From: a virus
Taxonomy: Duplodnaviria > Caudoviricetes
Length of the DNA stretch: 64,000 nucleotides
IMG/VR virus record: IMGVR_UViG_3300048598_000287
Span: 64,001 to 128,000 of that record
Strand: one strand, 5' to 3'
The notes below the pieces were generated by a model that saw nothing but the letters and a program-made list of their open reading frames with translations, had not been told where the DNA came from and did no database searches. Of the stretch, positions 18,690 to 27,912 are shown one piece after another. A program made the translations under genes and the position numbers. Position 1 is the stretch's first letter; the number at the start of each line of letters is the position of its first letter.

Positions 18690-18914
18690 GCGGTAACATC
18701 ATCCAATCCTAACGTGGTGTTCACCGAGCAGTCGACCAGCTCCACGCTGCAACATCATCCACTCCGAATCTAATCGTTGCCCCAGTTTAGAATAGTACTA
18801 CGACATCCGTTTGGTGTAACATCATTCAATCCGAACTGGATATTCATCATCGGGAAATCCGGCTTAAGTCCGGAGTTTGGTGTAACATCATTCAATCCGA
18901 ACTGGATATTCATC
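18690..18914 (-). repeat. CRISPR-like array of four 36-bp repeats with 30/31/20-bp spacers, starting inside the upstream ORF; no cas genes in window
   Basis: GATGAATATCCAGTTCGGATTGAATGATGTTACACC at 18879-18914 and 18813-18848 (identical); degenerate copies at 18746-18781 (23/36) and 18690-18725 (27/36). Confidence 0.75.
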
Positions 18915-19279
18915 TGATTTTTCATAAGTCGTTTAATATCCTCATCTTCCAATGAATCCGTATCCTTGAAAATCTTCCATACACGGTAATAACTTACCCA
19001 GAAACGCTTATTTTTTCCGGTGAACTGAAGGTCAAACAGCCATTCATTATTTGAATTTCGAAGTTCGATTCTGTTAGTGGGAAGCCGGCTTTCATTCCCC
19101 TTTTCATCAAGGAACCTCTTCTTGGTGCATTGCCCAAGTAGTTCCAGGAACGTCTTGTCGAATTCTTCCTGAGTAACACCTTCTAGTTCACTTTTAGAGA
19201 ACTTGGTAAGCATCAAAGCTTTAAGGGCATCCGATTTTTTATAGATCGTTCTTGCTTCTTCAACAGTCAGCTCTGCCAT
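18770..19279 (-). CDS. Hypothetical protein, MAELT-leader family, whose C-terminus reads into the repeat array
   Basis: AAGGAGGCC RBS; ends MNIQFGLNDVTP x2. Confidence 0.75.
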   Translation of the reverse strand: MAELTVEEARTIYKKSDALKALMLTKFSKSELEGVTQEEFDKTFLELLGQCTKKRFLDEKGNESRLPTNRIELRNSNNEWLFDLQFTGKNKRFWVSYYRVWKIFKDTDSLEDEDIKRLMKNQMNIQFGLNDVTPNSGLKPDFPMMNIQFGLNDVTPNGCRSTILNWGND

Positions 19280-19307
19280 GTTAGGCCTCCTTAATGATAC
19301 ACTGATA

Positions 19308-19336
19308 AATATACAAATTTCATTGGCTATTGGCAA
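19308..19336 (-). promoter_or_regulatory. Sigma70-type early promoter
   Basis: TTGCCA-N17-TATATT. Confidence 0.7.
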
Positions 19337-19339
19337 CTA

Positions 19340-19579
19340 CTAGTACATCCGCCACTCTGGCCAGCCGGAATACTTATCATACATCCGGTTTCCATCGGCA
19401 TCGTACCAAAACTCATCACCATCGGAATCTTTCGCGTGACTCAGGTTATCACCATCCGGTTCAATTGATTCATTTGGAAACGTGGTGCACATCATGAATT
19501 TCATCTCCGTCGATATTTTGTAGAGTTTTCTTGCTTCTCCAATGTATTCATTTGATATTAATCTCATCAGCATAATCAA
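19340..19579 (-). CDS. Short/degenerate paralog of the 20378-21181 repeat protein
   Basis: GEARKLYKISTEMK...DGDEFWYDADGN resembles the leader plus one repeat unit. Confidence 0.55.
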   Translation of the reverse strand: MIMLMRLISNEYIGEARKLYKISTEMKFMMCTTFPNESIEPDGDNLSHAKDSDGDEFWYDADGNRMYDKYSGWPEWRMY

Positions 19580-20286
19580 TCCATCATCTCAGGCCGGTCC
19601 GCGTACAGCGCCACAGTAGCTCCGGCTGGAGATTTATCCGTGATGTACATACCGCCTATATTCTTTATGTTATATTCCATCGCCGCAGAATCATATGACT
19701 TCGACATATAGTCAACCGTTGTTCCGTCGCCCATATGGAGCCTGTACGATTCGGCCGCCCGGTCATCAGAGAACGGTTCGCATATCTTTTCGAATTCATC
19801 ATCAGTTATGATGCGGTACTGCATACGCAGGATGTCATTTGCTGAAAGAACGACATAAGTTTCCAGTCCGGTATATGTATGCACCGAAAGGCTCACATTC
19901 GGCATCCCAGACGACGGGTTCCGGTAGTATCCTCCGCCGATGATCCTGAAATACGATCGCGCATACGCAACCACAGGGATACTAGTGATTAAGTTGCCAT
20001 CATACGGATACGACGCATGTGCATCCACAGAATACGCGCTTTCAGGGCAGCGTATCCGTTGATATGAACCATCGCCACATCCAGACGTGGAATCCGATGT
20101 ATACGCGATGACCACGGGATTTATATATGATACACACTTACCGGACAGGTACATACCAACGAAATGCCGTACGAATCTGTCACGTCCGCGAATTACCCCG
20201 TTATTTAAATCGGAATACCTCATCAGCTTCGCGAAGAACCGGTCCGCGCGGGCCTTCCCAACAAGCATATATCTACAATGTATCAT
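19576..20286 (-). CDS. Hypothetical protein
   Basis: GGAGG RBS, 236 aa. Confidence 0.7.
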   Translation of the reverse strand: MIHCRYMLVGKARADRFFAKLMRYSDLNNGVIRGRDRFVRHFVGMYLSGKCVSYINPVVIAYTSDSTSGCGDGSYQRIRCPESAYSVDAHASYPYDGNLITSIPVVAYARSYFRIIGGGYYRNPSSGMPNVSLSVHTYTGLETYVVLSANDILRMQYRIITDDEFEKICEPFSDDRAAESYRLHMGDGTTVDYMSKSYDSAAMEYNIKNIGGMYITDKSPAGATVALYADRPEMMD

Positions 20287-20377
20287 ATGGTTACCTCCAA
20301 ATGTTGGCTATATGCTAAAGAGTCATCGGCCCCGTTAGAATATTTTTTGCGAATCATATTTCCATTGACATCATACA

Positions 20378-21181
20378 TTAATACCACCATTCATGTCCAT
20401 CTGACCTTTTATTATGAATAATGTTCCCATTGGCATCGTACCAATATTCATATCCATCGGAATCCTTCTCATGGATCAGTTTTCCATTGGCATCGTACTT
20501 ACATTCTCGGCCAAAGGCATCTTTCGTACTACGAAGTGTGCCCTTATCGTCGTACCACGATTCGTATCCGTCGGAAGACTTCTCATGGATCTTATTCCCA
20601 TTGGTATCGTACCAATATTCGGCCCCGTTAGAATATTTTTTGCGAATCACTTTTCCATTGACATCATACCAGCATATTGTTCCAGTGGAAGCATTCTTAT
20701 GACTCATGCCTCCATTGGCATCGTACCAATCTTCATATCCATCGGAATCCTTCTCATGGATCAGTTTCCTATTGGTATCAAAGTCATGCCATTTTTCGTA
20801 TCCACTAGCTGCCTTTTCATGAATCATGTTACCTTTGCCATCATACCATTCTTCACGTCCATCGGGATGTTTGCAGTGAAGCCATCTTCCCGTAGGCGTA
20901 TACCACGATTCGTATCCGTCAGAAAATTTCACATGATTTGTGTTACCATCGGCATCTGGCCAGAATTCGTATCCATTGGACAATTTCCTATGCATAAGAT
21001 GTGCAGTCCCAGTGTCATCATATTCATACCACGATTCTGATCCGTCAGAAAATTTCATATGAGTCAGATTTCCATTGACACCGTCAAGTGCTTCCTTAGT
21101 GAACTTAGTGAGCATCAGGGATTTCATCTCATCCGATTTTTTATAGATCTTTCTTGCTTCTTCAATAGTCAACTCTGCCAT
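20378..21181 (-). CDS. YD-like beta-repeat protein with MAELT leader
   Basis: About 12 tandem WYDxNGNxIHxKxSDG units of roughly 19-21 aa. Confidence 0.8.
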   Translation of the reverse strand: MAELTIEEARKIYKKSDEMKSLMLTKFTKEALDGVNGNLTHMKFSDGSESWYEYDDTGTAHLMHRKLSNGYEFWPDADGNTNHVKFSDGYESWYTPTGRWLHCKHPDGREEWYDGKGNMIHEKAASGYEKWHDFDTNRKLIHEKDSDGYEDWYDANGGMSHKNASTGTICWYDVNGKVIRKKYSNGAEYWYDTNGNKIHEKSSDGYESWYDDKGTLRSTKDAFGRECKYDANGKLIHEKDSDGYEYWYDANGNIIHNKRSDGHEWWY

Positions 21182-21198
21182 GTCAGGCCTCCATTAAT

Positions 21199-21726
21199 TC
21201 AGAAATTCCGCTTATAGAAAAAATCATTATATGATGCAATCGCCTTGCACCGTGCTAGGTTCTTTGGAGTAGTTCCGCCGAGCTTGAACTCCGGTATGAC
21301 ATACCGGTAATCCGGAACGAAATTATCCGGCATGATTTGCATTCCGCGATGCGTTCCTTGGCCAACAAGCATGTTTACTCCTATCCATACGGATTTCTGT
21401 TTACCCGGAAATGAAATATATCGTTCGGTATTGAATTGCGATGTATCTCCATCACCATAGCAATCTCGTGTTAATCCGTTGCTAATAAGCCAGGACCATA
21501 CCTTGTAATAATCCTTTTCATTTATTCCATACGTATTTCCAAAACATAATATACGTTCATTATCCGTGCCTCCTTCGCTAACCACGAATGAAAGCACTCT
21601 ATGGACAAGTTTTCCGGAAACTTTATGTATCCGGTTCATATCGTCCAGCTGCCGGAAAAGCTTCCTTACCTTCGCAGGATCAGCGAAAAACCGATCTATG
21701 TCAGCCTGAAAAGAATCCGGCGTCAT
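21199..21726 (-). CDS. Hypothetical protein
   Basis: 175-aa ORF, ATGA overlap. Confidence 0.65.
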   Translation of the reverse strand: MTPDSFQADIDRFFADPAKVRKLFRQLDDMNRIHKVSGKLVHRVLSFVVSEGGTDNERILCFGNTYGINEKDYYKVWSWLISNGLTRDCYGDGDTSQFNTERYISFPGKQKSVWIGVNMLVGQGTHRGMQIMPDNFVPDYRYVIPEFKLGGTTPKNLARCKAIASYNDFFYKRNF

Positions 21727-21962
21727 TTCGCATCCTTGTATGGTGGCTCATCTACTATGGTGAGAATACATGCCGGAGCTGAAGCGTACGTATATGGATA
21801 AGGATAACCAATATCTACAATATAGGTCAGTCCAATACCAGGGATAGCATTGTTAGAGATACCTTTAATCCTACCAGTGAATGTTTTGCCATCTATTACA
21901 TATTTAACGAGGGTATTTTCTTTTAGACATTCGATGTCAGTGGTGGTTGTTTCCGCGTTCAT
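21723..21962 (-). CDS. Hypothetical small protein (SH3-like beta pattern)
   Basis: AAGGAG RBS downstream of sigma70 promoter. Confidence 0.6.
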   Translation of the reverse strand: MNAETTTTDIECLKENTLVKYVIDGKTFTGRIKGISNNAIPGIGLTYIVDIGYPYPYTYASAPACILTIVDEPPYKDAK

Positions 21963-22002
21963 TGTTACTCCTTTGTATTAGTCGTCCATTTCATATAGAA
22001 TG

Positions 22003-22031
22003 AATATAGCAATTATCCAGCCATATTGCAA
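22003..22031 (-). promoter_or_regulatory. Sigma70-type early promoter
   Basis: TTGCAA-N17-TATATT. Confidence 0.7.
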
Positions 22032-22040
22032 GGTATTATT

Positions 22041-22066
22041 AAAAACCCGCGGAATTAATTCCGCGG
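22041..22066 (-). terminator. Intrinsic terminator
   Basis: CCGCGGAATTAATTCCGCGG hairpin followed by T-tract on the minus strand. Confidence 0.75.
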
Positions 22067-22091
22067 ATTAACTATTGTAAGCAGGCAAAAA

Positions 22092-23402
22092 TCAGTCGTC
22101 GTCGGTTCCTTCCGGGAAATTCTCCATCGATGCAGATAGCCTATTCACCAGATCCTTACTTAGGGTCGCTTCGCGGGTCTTTACTTTTCCAAGATCGGAC
22201 TTAGCCTTTATAGCGGCAGCGGTAGGCTTCAGTTTTCCATCGTTCTTCTTTCCGCTGGTGTTCTTGGATGTTCCTATATCTGCCATTGATTTTTCTATGT
22301 GCTTCTTTTCTGCGTTCCATCCGGATACGTCTTCTCTTGAATGATGCTTAGTGCGGAAAGCGGACATGGAAGATGCAGTGGCGTCCAATTCTCCCTGTAT
22401 GATATGAAAGGCAAAGATGGCGGATATAGCCTTTTCCGCTATATCATCCTGGGAAATACCTAGCATTTCATATCCGCCATCCTGACGTGAATTCTGCCCG
22501 TGCCGTTTCTTATAATCAAGAAACGATACCAGATTCTTGGTTCCGGTTACAATGTCTTCTTCAGGAAGATCTATTCCGGTGACCTCAACGTCGAACCGAA
22601 GCTTTCCATCTTCAGATGGCTTCCCTGAAGGGATTATCTCCATTATCAATTTAGATGTAGATGATTCGGTCACATCTATAGCGGGATATCCACCATTTTC
22701 TTTATCCCCAGGAACATACTTGACCAGATACGAGAGCATTTTTGATTTAAGATTTTCATTTATCACGGTTTCCATGTATTCACTGAGCGACTGCATGAAA
22801 ACCCCTGCCTCATCGCCAGACGATATGCGCTTATATGTATCTATATCTTTATAATGCTGCTCGGCAAGGTTTGACTGCCCGGATATCTTATCGTCAAGGA
22901 TGCCGATAATTTCCTTTATGGGAAGCCGGATAGCATCCATAACTGGTATGATGTACTTAGTTCCGTTGTTATATTTGCTTGCGCATATCTTAATCTTAAG
23001 CTTCTTTTTTAGCTCATTTAGTGCGTCTATGTTATTTTCCGGAAGTTTTAGCGTTGAAACTATGGCTTTCCGTTTATCCTGGGATGAATCTCTAGGAGAG
23101 AACTTATCGGAATAATATTTTTCGGCAAGTGCCCATACCTCGTTCTCCATGGGGTCATCAGCAAGCTTCTCCAGATCGGATTTCATCTTTTTGGCGACGG
23201 TTCCTATGTCAGTGAACTTCTCGTTATATGACTTTTCGATAGTCTCCTCGCTTAGGGTTTCCGGATCAATTCCATACCGGGTGGTAAGATCAGTCAGGGA
23301 AGTGTCAGGATGACTTTTCTTATACTGTTCATGATATTTTCCGAATTCATTGTTGAAATCGGAATCGTTACGCGGGGTTTTTATGAGAGAATTAAAGTCC
23401 AT
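22092..23402 (-). CDS. Hypothetical late protein
   Basis: 436 aa; TATAAACTA at 23428-23436. Confidence 0.75.
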   Translation of the reverse strand: MDFNSLIKTPRNDSDFNNEFGKYHEQYKKSHPDTSLTDLTTRYGIDPETLSEETIEKSYNEKFTDIGTVAKKMKSDLEKLADDPMENEVWALAEKYYSDKFSPRDSSQDKRKAIVSTLKLPENNIDALNELKKKLKIKICASKYNNGTKYIIPVMDAIRLPIKEIIGILDDKISGQSNLAEQHYKDIDTYKRISSGDEAGVFMQSLSEYMETVINENLKSKMLSYLVKYVPGDKENGGYPAIDVTESSTSKLIMEIIPSGKPSEDGKLRFDVEVTGIDLPEEDIVTGTKNLVSFLDYKKRHGQNSRQDGGYEMLGISQDDIAEKAISAIFAFHIIQGELDATASSMSAFRTKHHSREDVSGWNAEKKHIEKSMADIGTSKNTSGKKNDGKLKPTAAAIKAKSDLGKVKTREATLSKDLVNRLSASMENFPEGTDDD

Positions 23403-23431
23403 GTCCGTTACCTTATTATTTCGTTAATAGT

Positions 23432-24262
23432 TTATAATGCCGGAGATCCGGCGTCCGGTGATTCATCGTTTCCATACTGATATTTTCCGGGTTTCGTTGG
23501 ATCCAGCGTATTAATGTCATACAATTTTTCCCATTCCTTGCTGTCATTCGGATGTCCGCCGTCTGAATATAGTTTTTCCATTATGTTCCCCGGGAGGGTC
23601 TCATAACCGGCATTGACAAGATTCTGATTATTGACGGCCTTTATTGCCCGTATGGCTTCCTCGCTGAATCCATACTTTACCGCGTCACAGCAGCATAGCC
23701 AATATGTCTCCATCTCATTAGCCTTCTTATAGTTCCGCTTTGCGGTCATGTCATTTCCCGTTGACATCGTCCTTGACATTATTCCCCTGGCAGTGTCCTG
23801 ATCGATGAATTTCAGCAGCATCTTTGAATTCGGCTGCAAATATTTTCCATGATTCACGAACCGGTGCACCGCATGGTTTGTCTCATGCAGAAGGATTACC
23901 GCATTATACAGCCCAAGTTTAAGCAAAATTGTCTTTTTAAGCGGATCCGATGAATCTTTCTGCCGGTGATATGTCATGGACTCTTCTGATTTAGGGGTGC
24001 TTATTATAGGCTTTCCCTGCATGGACGTCATTGTTCCTATTCCATGAGTTCCACCTACGCCCCGGCCAAGATTTTCATCGTTGAGCACCAGTTCAGCAAC
24101 GGCGAACACATTGTCCCCGCTGGCGGAATCATTGATCCGCACAAGATTATCAAAAATAGCCTTGCCCACTTTTCCGCCGTTGTCAGGGGTAACTATGTCA
24201 ATTTTATAGAAAAGGCTTCCTGGTATGCTTTTAGTTCCAGTAAATCTCTGCCACTCGTCCAT
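23432..24262 (-). CDS. Hypothetical late protein with HExxH zinc-peptidase-like motif
   Basis: LLHETNHAVH and downstream NE; TATAAACTA at 24290-24298 implies start 24262. Confidence 0.6.
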   Translation of the reverse strand: MDEWQRFTGTKSIPGSLFYKIDIVTPDNGGKVGKAIFDNLVRINDSASGDNVFAVAELVLNDENLGRGVGGTHGIGTMTSMQGKPIISTPKSEESMTYHRQKDSSDPLKKTILLKLGLYNAVILLHETNHAVHRFVNHGKYLQPNSKMLLKFIDQDTARGIMSRTMSTGNDMTAKRNYKKANEMETYWLCCCDAVKYGFSEEAIRAIKAVNNQNLVNAGYETLPGNIMEKLYSDGGHPNDSKEWEKLYDINTLDPTKPGKYQYGNDESPDAGSPAL

Positions 24263-24302
24263 AACGGTTCCATCAGGTATATGCAGAAATAGTTTATATA
24301 TC

Positions 24303-24360
24303 AAAAAACGCGCCCCCGCGGAGGCTGAATGTTTTCCAGCACGCGGAAGTGTGGGGGGTA
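24303..24360 (-). ncRNA. Candidate ~57-nt hairpin small RNA
   Basis: TTGACG-N17-TATATT (24366-24394) immediately followed by a GC-rich hairpin and T6 tract, no ORF. Confidence 0.45.
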
Positions 24361-24452
24361 TATTAAATATAATAAATCAATCATTAACCGTCAAGCGGTT
24401 ATTGCAAATAATATCATCCGTTAGGAAGAGTTGTTAATATTTCATATATGGC

Positions 24453-24481
24453 TTGCCAATATGATTTTAATTAATTATATT
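24453..24481 (+). promoter_or_regulatory. Sigma70-type early promoter
   Basis: TTGCCA-N17-TATATT. Confidence 0.7.
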
Positions 24482-24517
24482 ATATCTATAATTCATCCGT
24501 AATTAAAAGGAACAAAA

Positions 24518-25207
24518 ATGGTATATCTATTCGACAAAGTCGCCAAGGTTTATGCACATTGCACTATAGGGGCAAAGCCAAGCGTAGTCGCGAGCATTAA
24601 AGATGCCGCAACGTATAAATCCGAAAGAACAGCTCGCAATGATGCCACGACATTCGGGCGGACGCTTGCCAAATATAAATTTGACACGTTTTATCTCACC
24701 GATTCCGGAAAATATAAGGAGGGATCCACAGGTATAGAATATGATTCTCCCGAAGATAGCGTAGCTGCGGAACCGCAGGCTAGAATTAATGAACATTCAT
24801 CGGATACGCAGGAAATGAAAACCATTGACTCTCAGGCCAATATCAACTGTAAGTGTTCCAGGGAAGAGTTAGAAAAATCATTGGATAATCTCGGACATAT
24901 ACTTACTGAGATGCATGCCGAAGAAAATATCCTTAAGGAAGAACTGGGAAAAGTAGACCGGAAAATATCGGATGTCATGCATTATATTGAGCTGAATGCT
25001 TTCAATGCATCCAAAGGATATCAATTATGCAAGAAGCTAAAGGATCTTAGGATTGAACGGAGAGGCATAAAGGACCGTATGGCATGGAACTTCATCATCA
25101 AACAGATGAATTATACGTCAGTGATCACAGGAAGCACAGTCAATTCCCTTAAAGGCCTTGATACCAGGAAATACACCCCTAGAGAAGATGACTATGAAAA
25201 TGAATGA
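24518..25207 (+). CDS. Hypothetical protein with conserved phage coiled-coil C-terminal domain
   Basis: ISDVMHYIE..FNASKGY..LKDLRIERRGIKD...RKYTPR; AAGGA RBS. Confidence 0.7.
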   Translation: MVYLFDKVAKVYAHCTIGAKPSVVASIKDAATYKSERTARNDATTFGRTLAKYKFDTFYLTDSGKYKEGSTGIEYDSPEDSVAAEPQARINEHSSDTQEMKTIDSQANINCKCSREELEKSLDNLGHILTEMHAEENILKEELGKVDRKISDVMHYIELNAFNASKGYQLCKKLKDLRIERRGIKDRMAWNFIIKQMNYTSVITGSTVNSLKGLDTRKYTPREDDYENE

Positions 25208-25234
25208 AAAAGGCCGGATCATCCGGCCTTTTTT
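25207..25234. terminator. Bidirectional intrinsic terminator
   Basis: AAAAAGGCCGGATCATCCGGCCTTTTTT. Confidence 0.8.
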
Positions 25235-25800
25235 GCATGGCTTTTAATATATAATTCCCGGGTTTCTTTAATGTATTTATCCGCGGAATCGTTAACCGTT
25301 TTTTTCCGTATTGCTATCTGTCTGCTCCAGTATCGCATCGACATGAGCCGCATGAAGTCTACCCGCATCTTGTCCGTTATCTTGCGCACATTCTTGCGTG
25401 CTTCAGCGATCTTATAGATATATGGCTTCATCATATGGTGCATCGGAGAAACAATTACCAACCCGGCTCCTTCAGGAAGATTCTGCACTGCCCATTCTCC
25501 GATAAATTCAGGAACGGCATAATATAGATATTTTACATATCCGCTCTCGTGATGATGCCGTTTTTTGAAATCCGCCTTGAAATCGGATTTGGAAATCTTG
25601 ATCTCAATCTCGGTCACATATCCGGAGTCAGAAAGGACAAGCATGTCAGCTTCATGTCCGACAAGATCTTTAGTCCGGTTAACCACGAGATGCTGCGTGA
25701 AGGAGAACGGACTGGAGTTTCTGGAAACCAGCGCGTTCTCCATGTCCACCGTAGTCACCGGAAACTTTAACGGGTTCATTTCGGTAGATGCACTATTCAT
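25219..25800 (-). CDS. MmcB-like PD-(D/E)XK nuclease
   Basis: EADMLVL...TEIEIKISKSDFKADFKK, YYAVP. Confidence 0.75.
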   Translation of the reverse strand: MNSASTEMNPLKFPVTTVDMENALVSRNSSPFSFTQHLVVNRTKDLVGHEADMLVLSDSGYVTEIEIKISKSDFKADFKKRHHHESGYVKYLYYAVPEFIGEWAVQNLPEGAGLVIVSPMHHMMKPYIYKIAEARKNVRKITDKMRVDFMRLMSMRYWSRQIAIRKKTVNDSADKYIKETRELYIKSHAKKAG

Positions 25801-26294
25801 TATAGGGAAAGCTTGTGGATATTGTCATTGATACTAATGATACTTGTATGGATGCTATCCAGTGCTTTGGTCAGTTTGGCATTTCTATCCATAAGTATAT
25901 TCAATTCGCCATAGCCAAACTCAGCCTCGGCATTGCACAATTTCTTAATAATTGCCCGATTTGGGGTTCCATTTTTGTTCAATGTCGCATATTTATTAAC
26001 AGCAAGCTTGCAAGCGTTCGCAATATCGGGAAATATTTCTAATGTTCCATCTGAATCGATTAAGCCAATTTCCGCATCGATACCGTATGCATTTATGCAT
26101 ACTGTGTAATAACTTACAGAAGGCTCTGCCGTGTTGCATCCATGCTCGTAAGCATCCTCCGAAAATACGGGATTCCTGTATATATTGTATACTTCTCCAA
26201 GCAGTTCCACCGATTTTTCCACAGGACGCATTGAATACATCCTATTGACTTCCTTTCCCCATGCCTTTCCGTTCTTCATCTTCTTGTTATACAT
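25800..26294 (-). CDS. Hypothetical protein, tandem paralog A
   Basis: Clear similarity to 26309-26779. Confidence 0.75.
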   Translation of the reverse strand: MYNKKMKNGKAWGKEVNRMYSMRPVEKSVELLGEVYNIYRNPVFSEDAYEHGCNTAEPSVSYYTVCINAYGIDAEIGLIDSDGTLEIFPDIANACKLAVNKYATLNKNGTPNRAIIKKLCNAEAEFGYGELNILMDRNAKLTKALDSIHTSIISINDNIHKLSL

Positions 26295-26308
26295 GGCGAC
26301 CTTCTTTA

Positions 26309-26779
26309 TTACGAAGACATCTTGTGGATGCTATTCAGTTTTTCAGCCATTTCGTCTTTTTCTGTTGATATGACATTTAACGCTCCATGAGCAAACGCAT
26401 TCTTGGCATTGCACAATTTATTAATTGCTGCCAGGTTAGGGGTTCCGTTTTTGTTTAATGTCGCAAACTTACCCACATATTCATCATTGATTAAATTGCA
26501 AACCTTACCAATGGGTGTAAATAGGACAAACGTTCCATCGAGGCGGATAAAACCGATTTCTACATCCACCCCGAATGCATCTATGCATACCGTGTAGTTA
26601 CTCAAATTATCGTTCAGTTCACATCCATTATCGTCTTCACTATCGGTTTCAATAGGATGCCGGTATATGTTATATACTTCTCCAAGAAGTTCCGCCGATT
26701 TTTCCGCAGAGCTATTAGAATATAGTGTGTTGACGTCCTTTTCCCATGCCTTTCCACTTTTCATCCTTTTGTTGTACAT
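26309..26779 (-). CDS. Hypothetical protein, tandem paralog B
   Basis: MYNKRMKSGKAWEK...ELLGEVYNIYR...ATLNKNGTPN shared with paralog A. Confidence 0.75.
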   Translation of the reverse strand: MYNKRMKSGKAWEKDVNTLYSNSSAEKSAELLGEVYNIYRHPIETDSEDDNGCELNDNLSNYTVCIDAFGVDVEIGFIRLDGTFVLFTPIGKVCNLINDEYVGKFATLNKNGTPNLAAINKLCNAKNAFAHGALNVISTEKDEMAEKLNSIHKMSS

Positions 26780-26882
26780 AATGTCCTCATTTATTAAAAA
26801 CATATCCTTAATATATATTACTGAACTGCAAATCTGGCATTCTATATTAAATATATTTGCTGAAATACAAATCCGTTATTGT

Positions 26883-27833
26883 TCACCATGCGGTCGTCGT
26901 TTTTGCGAACAAATCTTCTATCCGTTCCTTTCCTATGAAACCGAACCTATTATTAAGATTTGCCGTTGACATACGGGCAACGGTCATATTAGGAACATCC
27001 ATATACATGGTGGCGCATGTTATATTGCCATCTGCGTCATGCACGTCGGTGTCGTCTCCCTGGAAAAGCATATTATACTCGGCGTCGCTAATGTTAAGCC
27101 CGGATTTAGGATTAATCTGAGAAATGCCAAGGCAGTCGAAAGACATCACGCGGAATTTCTCGGACAGCAATTTGACGTTATTCCTGAGCCATTCCATTCT
27201 CCCGTCCATCATAGATTCCGCCCTGTTCATATACGCATGACCGCGGCGAAGGTCCTTGTATCCAAGGACGAGCACTTTCCGGCCTTCCAGCGATGGAATG
27301 TCCTTTTCAGACAATATCCCGGCTATGGTATGAATGACCACGTTTTCGCCAAGAGTATCTATGAAATCGAAAATCTCATGGTCCGAACTGTCGGTAAGGG
27401 AAATTCCTATGCCATGCACAAGCCCGGATCCAACGATGTCGGATATGATCCCGGAGAACGGCCTTAGATGACGCTGATTTATGGTTATGTTAGATACTAT
27501 TCCCGTATCCTTAAGTTTTTCAAGGAACGGGATGATGGCCGGATGTGCAAGCGCGTTTCCTCCGCCTATGGCAAGCTCCGTACCGGGATGAAGACTATCC
27601 ATGGTTCCGCTTATCGCATCAAGATCGCCGTGACGCCCGGATAATGTGGAATCCTCGTGGCAATACGGGCATCCGCCGTCGCAATAGTCAGTTATTTTTA
27701 TGTCCATGTTCTCCGGAAACTCATATGTGAAATGATCCTCTGCAGGATCCATAGTTTCCTTCACTTTTGTCCCGTCGTCATACAGATTCACTGTATGATT
27801 TCCATTTGTATAGTTAGCGATTAGTTTTTTCAT
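26883..27833 (-). CDS. Radical SAM protein
   Basis: CDGGCPYCHE (CxxxCxxC), ELAIGGG. Confidence 0.9.
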   Translation of the reverse strand: MKKLIANYTNGNHTVNLYDDGTKVKETMDPAEDHFTYEFPENMDIKITDYCDGGCPYCHEDSTLSGRHGDLDAISGTMDSLHPGTELAIGGGNALAHPAIIPFLEKLKDTGIVSNITINQRHLRPFSGIISDIVGSGLVHGIGISLTDSSDHEIFDFIDTLGENVVIHTIAGILSEKDIPSLEGRKVLVLGYKDLRRGHAYMNRAESMMDGRMEWLRNNVKLLSEKFRVMSFDCLGISQINPKSGLNISDAEYNMLFQGDDTDVHDADGNITCATMYMDVPNMTVARMSTANLNNRFGFIGKERIEDLFAKTTTAW

Positions 27834-27912
27834 AAATATAATATACAAAAAATACTTCCGGATAGGAAGGCTTTTGAAATATAATATATTAGGTTTAACC
27901 GTTAAAGATAGT

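Noticed and set aside
18690-18914. Calling the array a bona fide CRISPR array
   Set aside because: Only two identical repeats, no recognisable repeat family, no leader, no cas genes in the window, and the repeats are peptide-coding; kept as an unexplained repeat array.
20326-21181. Diversity-generating retroelement template/variable repeat pair
   Set aside because: No reverse transcriptase in the window, and the two mismatches are not a consistent adenine-specific pattern.
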